From a virus (Duplodnaviria > Caudoviricetes): a stretch of DNA of 28,365 nt. The first letter of the stretch is position 1. Every line of letters starts with the position of its first letter. The DNA is taken from the IMG/VR virus record IMGVR_UViG_3300007637_000013, positions 1 to 28,365 of that record; one strand, written 5' to 3'. This document shows, in pieces, positions 27,501-28,365 of this stretch. Under the pieces are notes generated by a model that saw nothing but the letters and a program-made list of their open reading frames with translations, had not been told where the DNA came from and did not search any database. The position numbers and the translations under genes were made by a program.

Positions 27501-28365
27501 TTATCGATGCTGTATCTCACGATATCCAATACGGTGGAAACAGTGCAACAGTTCAAACTGCTGGAATGTATTTTGAGAATGCTGTAAATACTGGATTGAA
27601 ACTTGAACAAAGAATGGGTACAAGAGATGCATTCATACACATGTCTAAAGTTGTAGAACATGTTGTTGGTGCAGTAGATATTACAACAACTGCATTCCCT
27701 AAAGAAGCAGTATTCTACACTGGCGATATTTTAACTCAGTATGACTACTGGCTTGGTGTTGAATCATATCAAACAACTGAAGCTCAAAATAAAGCAGTAA
27801 TTGGAGCTAATCCAAATACATGTAAAGCTGCAAGAGACCTTGTACAAATAGTTGCTAACGCTGTTGATGATAATATTGAAATCGGATCAACAATACCAGA
27901 GATGATATTCCCATCAGAAGCTTGGGTAGCAGATAACTATAAAGTAGCTAAAGACTTAGTTGATAATCAGAGAGATACAATAGCTGAAGCAGTAATTACA
28001 TATCTAAGCAGTGTACACAGTGGATTGAGTTTCCCTGCAGCTAAATGCAGAAGAGATATTGGATATATCGTAGATGCTATATCACACGATGTTCAGTACG
28101 GCGGAAACTTCGCAACAAGACAAGCTGCTGGTATCTACTTCGAAAATGGTGTTTCAGTATTACCGGTTGACACAAGAAACCAATATTCAGATATATTGAA
28201 TATTCTTGGTACACTTGTTGATGGAGTAGTACAAGAAACTGATGTTTCAAATACACTATACACAATCACTCCTCAAAATACTTTGGGTACTGCTGCAACA
28301 GCAACAGAAGGTACTAGAGCTCATGATTTAATTGCTTATATCGAAGGAGTTATAAGAGCTGATGA
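18563..28365 (+). CDS. Giant multi-domain tail fibre/structural protein (>3260 aa, 3'-truncated): pentapeptide solenoid, beta-helix-like domain, 10 C-x-R-D helical repeats, 9 His/Cys beta repeats
   Basis: ATG at 18563 (MSKISELGSITGANTRSEDLLVIVNLVQGDDGTKNISRKEL). Hand translation stays open to the last base (...HDLIAYIEGVIRAD). It is absent from the ORF track, presumably because there is no in-window stop. Has an RBS and late promoter; the MSKISEL-type N-terminus is typical of phage fibres. Confidence 0.9.
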   Translation, partial: MSKISELGSITGANTRSEDLLVIVNLVQGDDGTKNISRKELVQAIQYEIFDRITITGGTISGVEMSDSTLDNVTIDNSNIEDTDWIRGTIDETVITNSDANNVVITSSSFTDGSLVSSTGEQLTIANSSFDDGTITNSTANNVIITNSEFNNGTANAVVITNSEFNEGTGNNVVLTNSTIDDSVITDSTANNITITSSTYTDGALADSTANNITMSSSTFDGGLITNSDGRTMAITTSSFDNGTGSNNTFTDTTLLNGTANNFVITSSQLNDSTVNNTIITSSEFNDGTGNNVVLTNSTIDDSIFTDGVISNTEFQGTMQNVVATDMTIRSSAADGLSSNNSTFENGAVSGSTFDGGTITNTNLVDFDMNLTQEFDAPMDDESYFAIRNERTGDTEQINFNQLFEEVSKKTAQALKVNVDAGSGDDANPGTMMQPVRTLERAFELCLEKAGGELNRNAINNAVHISVGPGTYYTKGNLMLPDDCSCTSTAGQYATVIEALPGYENNNGILVGSGCYVQGFGYQNWKVDNFDFPEGGFAIAYRPGAKLLRSPYLRDSTQLSNFLRQDVEPPLNPYNTKGTLADLGQTFVLEAGLTGSWSVDDEIKFSSGAIGFLTWDDTLDTAKGYTADIAVNRTIRVRNLKNGVGFKIGDTITSESGGTATIESIGIDDFPNREVGRGGGCVLADRRVLDPDSLYTYVLCFGFTPRTQNGLGYVARDGAGINGIGSLSIFVRCAFYALNGGQMTLNNSGTQFGDISMRAKGTSQFFQPKNTTATIVGNTVFGTSIMDGSDNIISDMTDYLTANSANGGLGYTGYDSVKCERDTGIIIDGVGYDVATDSNYWSRLAGITYRSPISSKVVGDQLEATIGANVFLQSRINEIFANANNEIIPRVDTSFQEMYNVVKYGEENMNPIIWQDTTKPQVAARELLQDNRQFITDTLIDWIENNEEFYAYDSKACRRDVSDYILPAVKNDMLFDTNFNAVTAGEAYYMAAAKTVIENQNNETVAAYKRLKDQTNELLDGDSYEATARTDAAFDEILEILENKNTAYTPTKATYDAATGKSVITLNTSKKFNVSNATYDPASGVFTAAIGSHELVVGDYIRFKPESIIFSCNTGSGVQNHPTPAAHHPYYNKPVKITNVSGNVITMNVGGGGPTGQQVHTFVSAAPQAISSSHGLSTGRKVLLRTGGLVFTCSRDNHTTRHAYPRASDPAAGAPIEVLGANETTITINVGASAIVDEHRFVEALSQSVSILGADIRWSDNASIAADNKNARKQLQANKTFLADYVEGYIDETYFRYDSKKCRRDTQKYILPAVERDILTGSNYNAIQTGIAYRSGTTLADNVINDQLVETIGAMNEIKSRINLNNVESGFTVTDATYDPATGVFTATIGNHGMAVGDYIMLADNGITMSCDMGAGEVNHTSPQSHHPYWQTPCPITGVTDTTITMNVGDGGAGQYPHTFVSAVANAIVPAKGVGLSFTPTTATYNPETGMFSATIGKHGLHPGDYVKFLAGGVTFSCDTGSGPQNDAVPAPSHPFYNHPCSVESVTATTITMFVGYGGSNVHTFVSALDNSITHMVSIDDNASGFRSNEAIDKITSILQSSGKTYTTTNATYDPGTGLTVLTVGAHDLQIGDEINIAANSLTFTCDTDGNVTNYTYPTTTITNFTPTNASYDPATGVFTATIGAHKLKAGDEIEIAPESIVFTCAIDGNATIHPTPEAHHPFWKKKIKLTSVDSTTITANVGSVANGGGVHTFVSALPNAIQGERQHPAYKKPVVIASTTGTTLTVNVGTSSDLSPHTFISATADNIKTAKYISTYTPTTATYDGGTGVFVASIGRHNLEAGDYVQIKPNSVVFTCALDGNVTEHSAPAAHHPYYMTPVQIDSVTADSITMNIGAGPGGVHTFVRAEVGAIDSDAIVFTDPAAQIKHYTPTTATFIPASGISVVTSANHGLTTDDWVEFAPYSFTFTCSLDGDATEHSYPRKGDVNYRRPMQITAVTTDTFTVNLGATSGGTHTFVSCEKHAVTHVSTNGQGQLAREYLQNNKDFLAADVQEFLDTQYFVFNGAKCSRDSGYILDAVRRDLATNSNYHSVFMGLGYLIGTEGANRVIYEQLTETVGAINYLKAQVAADPSVTGTALTRANASFDEIIDIMSNGRANANALTYGDEAALSVNHTTGATALINNRLFLQKEVTAYIADQFPSITYDVAKCERDTGYMIDALVWDVKYGSNAASVNFSRLYYENAISVLPEDQKLPTAKTWEHLANVCYNIVRDVAVTPTTGNTETQDVSLTDAGVEVAEAARAGVNVTTQIIRDNNLDNLPHLNEGSVEVAMEPAVNTIDGLTENLKESVIEYLRDEHNGLPIAREKCTRDVGIILDAVSRDIEYGGNENTLEAIDYYFKQFNSESADYEQQRSTNVLPVEVKGQMKALADYEDTANVSGLREKINILPREQRKPIQLAFRRLADVVAPVISGSQTTTPYGVRYTPTNAAYNPATGVFTATIGTHTLKVGDKIWLAPEGFTFSCDMGAGVQSHTSPQKHHPFYHKPVTITAVGANTITMNVGDGGSGQQPHTFVSALADSIQTVPYVNTDGTAVSIATATAAHDLIDTIANFIDYTNIEDNELPTLVKASFDSNRTLARKQLQRNRDFIIEEVQGYIKDRYYTFDGDKCKRDIALLLDGVKVDVLTGSNYNAVHNGLAYRIETPGTNKVINEQLVETVKGIEYAKAKAVAAVTDQALQTKTEEAFDEIIDIMTKGRSAADAIDYTSTALNVNKINGRSQLQNNKVFLQAEITAWLAANRPSLSYDVAKCERDLGYLIDAVSFDIQHGGNFGTLNFTRLYFENGVNVGLPLSQREPSYAAFRHIGDCAKLIVQDTDIGGLKSVGNSETQNMAGATAGVLLAADAEELFDISAQIIEDNGMLMAPAYDLPDAAAPYSTAQIAAFNAIDNIKTTVAEGLIEYVSTFYDVLPFSETKCRRDTGYIIDAVSHDIQYGGNSATVQTAGMYFENAVNTGLKLEQRMGTRDAFIHMSKVVEHVVGAVDITTTAFPKEAVFYTGDILTQYDYWLGVESYQTTEAQNKAVIGANPNTCKAARDLVQIVANAVDDNIEIGSTIPEMIFPSEAWVADNYKVAKDLVDNQRDTIAEAVITYLSSVHSGLSFPAAKCRRDIGYIVDAISHDVQYGGNFATRQAAGIYFENGVSVLPVDTRNQYSDILNILGTLVDGVVQETDVSNTLYTITPQNTLGTAATATEGTRAHDLIAYIEGVIRAD
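18719..19660 (+). repeat. About 60 tandem pentapeptide repeats (ITNST/ANNVV/FDDGT type), including an exact 32-nt duplication at 19070-19101 and 19430-19461
   Basis: Translation ITGGT ISGVE MSDST LDNVT IDNSN...ITNST ANNVI ITNSE FNNGT...; ggtaacaatgttgtcctaactaattcaactat occurs twice, 360 nt apart. Confidence 0.85.
20900..28362 (+). repeat. Ten helical repeats (core roughly 120-160 aa) with invariant C-x-R-D
   Basis: Cys codons at 21017 (KCERDTG), 21431 (ACRRDVS), 22466 (KCRRDTQ), 24761 (KCSRDSG), 25187 (KCERDTG), 25661 (KCTRDVG), 26564 (KCKRDIA), 26984 (KCERDLG), 27479 (KCRRDTG), 28046 (KCRRDIG). Confidence 0.9.
21704..26302 (+). repeat. Nine beta-rich repeats of about 97 aa (ATYDPATG...H.L..GD...F[ST]C...H..P..HHP...ITMNVG...HTFVSA)
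   Basis: Copies at 21704-22309 (split), 21776-22072, 22673-22966, 22994-23281, 23378-23986 (split), 23555-23848, 24011-24298, 24347-24634, 26009-26302. Confidence 0.9.

Noticed and set aside
27821-27845. TCKAARDL as an eleventh C-x-R-D repeat or a beta-155-like second bilin site
   Set aside because: Spacing is C-x3-R-D, it lies in the last helix of repeat 9, and it is not conserved in the other repeats.
18227-28265. All short track ORFs from 18227 onward, including 18697..19143 and 19159..19944 (minus) and 18630..18908, 21327..21677, 23892..24083, 24441..24635 (plus)
   Set aside because: They are shadows of the S74 fibre gene or of the giant ORF; the longer antisense ones mirror the low-complexity pentapeptide region.
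1-28365. tRNA/rRNA genes, introns, inteins, homing endonucleases, integrase, intrinsic terminators
   Set aside because: Intergenic gaps are 60 nt or less, reading frames are uninterrupted, and I saw no such motifs or convincing GC hairpin plus U-tract.

Overview
AT-rich, densely coding segment of a T4-like (myovirus) phage genome, most similar in style to marine T4-like cyanophages/pelagiphages; the host cannot be determined from this window. All credible genes are on the + strand and form a late baseplate/tail module: a 5'-truncated protein with a C-terminal M15A-type peptidase domain, gp25, gp6, gp7-like, a gp9/gp10-like fibre protein, an atypical S8 subtilase with an inserted cupredoxin-like domain, gp8, VrlC/DUF4815-like protein, a small conserved protein, a fibre with an S74 chaperone domain, and a giant ORF (18563 to beyond the window end, >3260 aa) that is missing from the supplied ORF track. 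T4 late-promoter boxes (TATAAATA/ATAAATA) precede several genes. The main finding is in the giant ORF, which I translated by hand. It carries 10 helical repeats, each with an invariant C-x-R-D motif in the register of the bilin-attachment helix of phycobiliproteins, interleaved and nested with 9 His/Cys-rich beta repeats. It may be a tandem phycobiliprotein/globin-like, possibly chromophore-binding, virion fibre. All family assignments come from motif recognition, not database searches.
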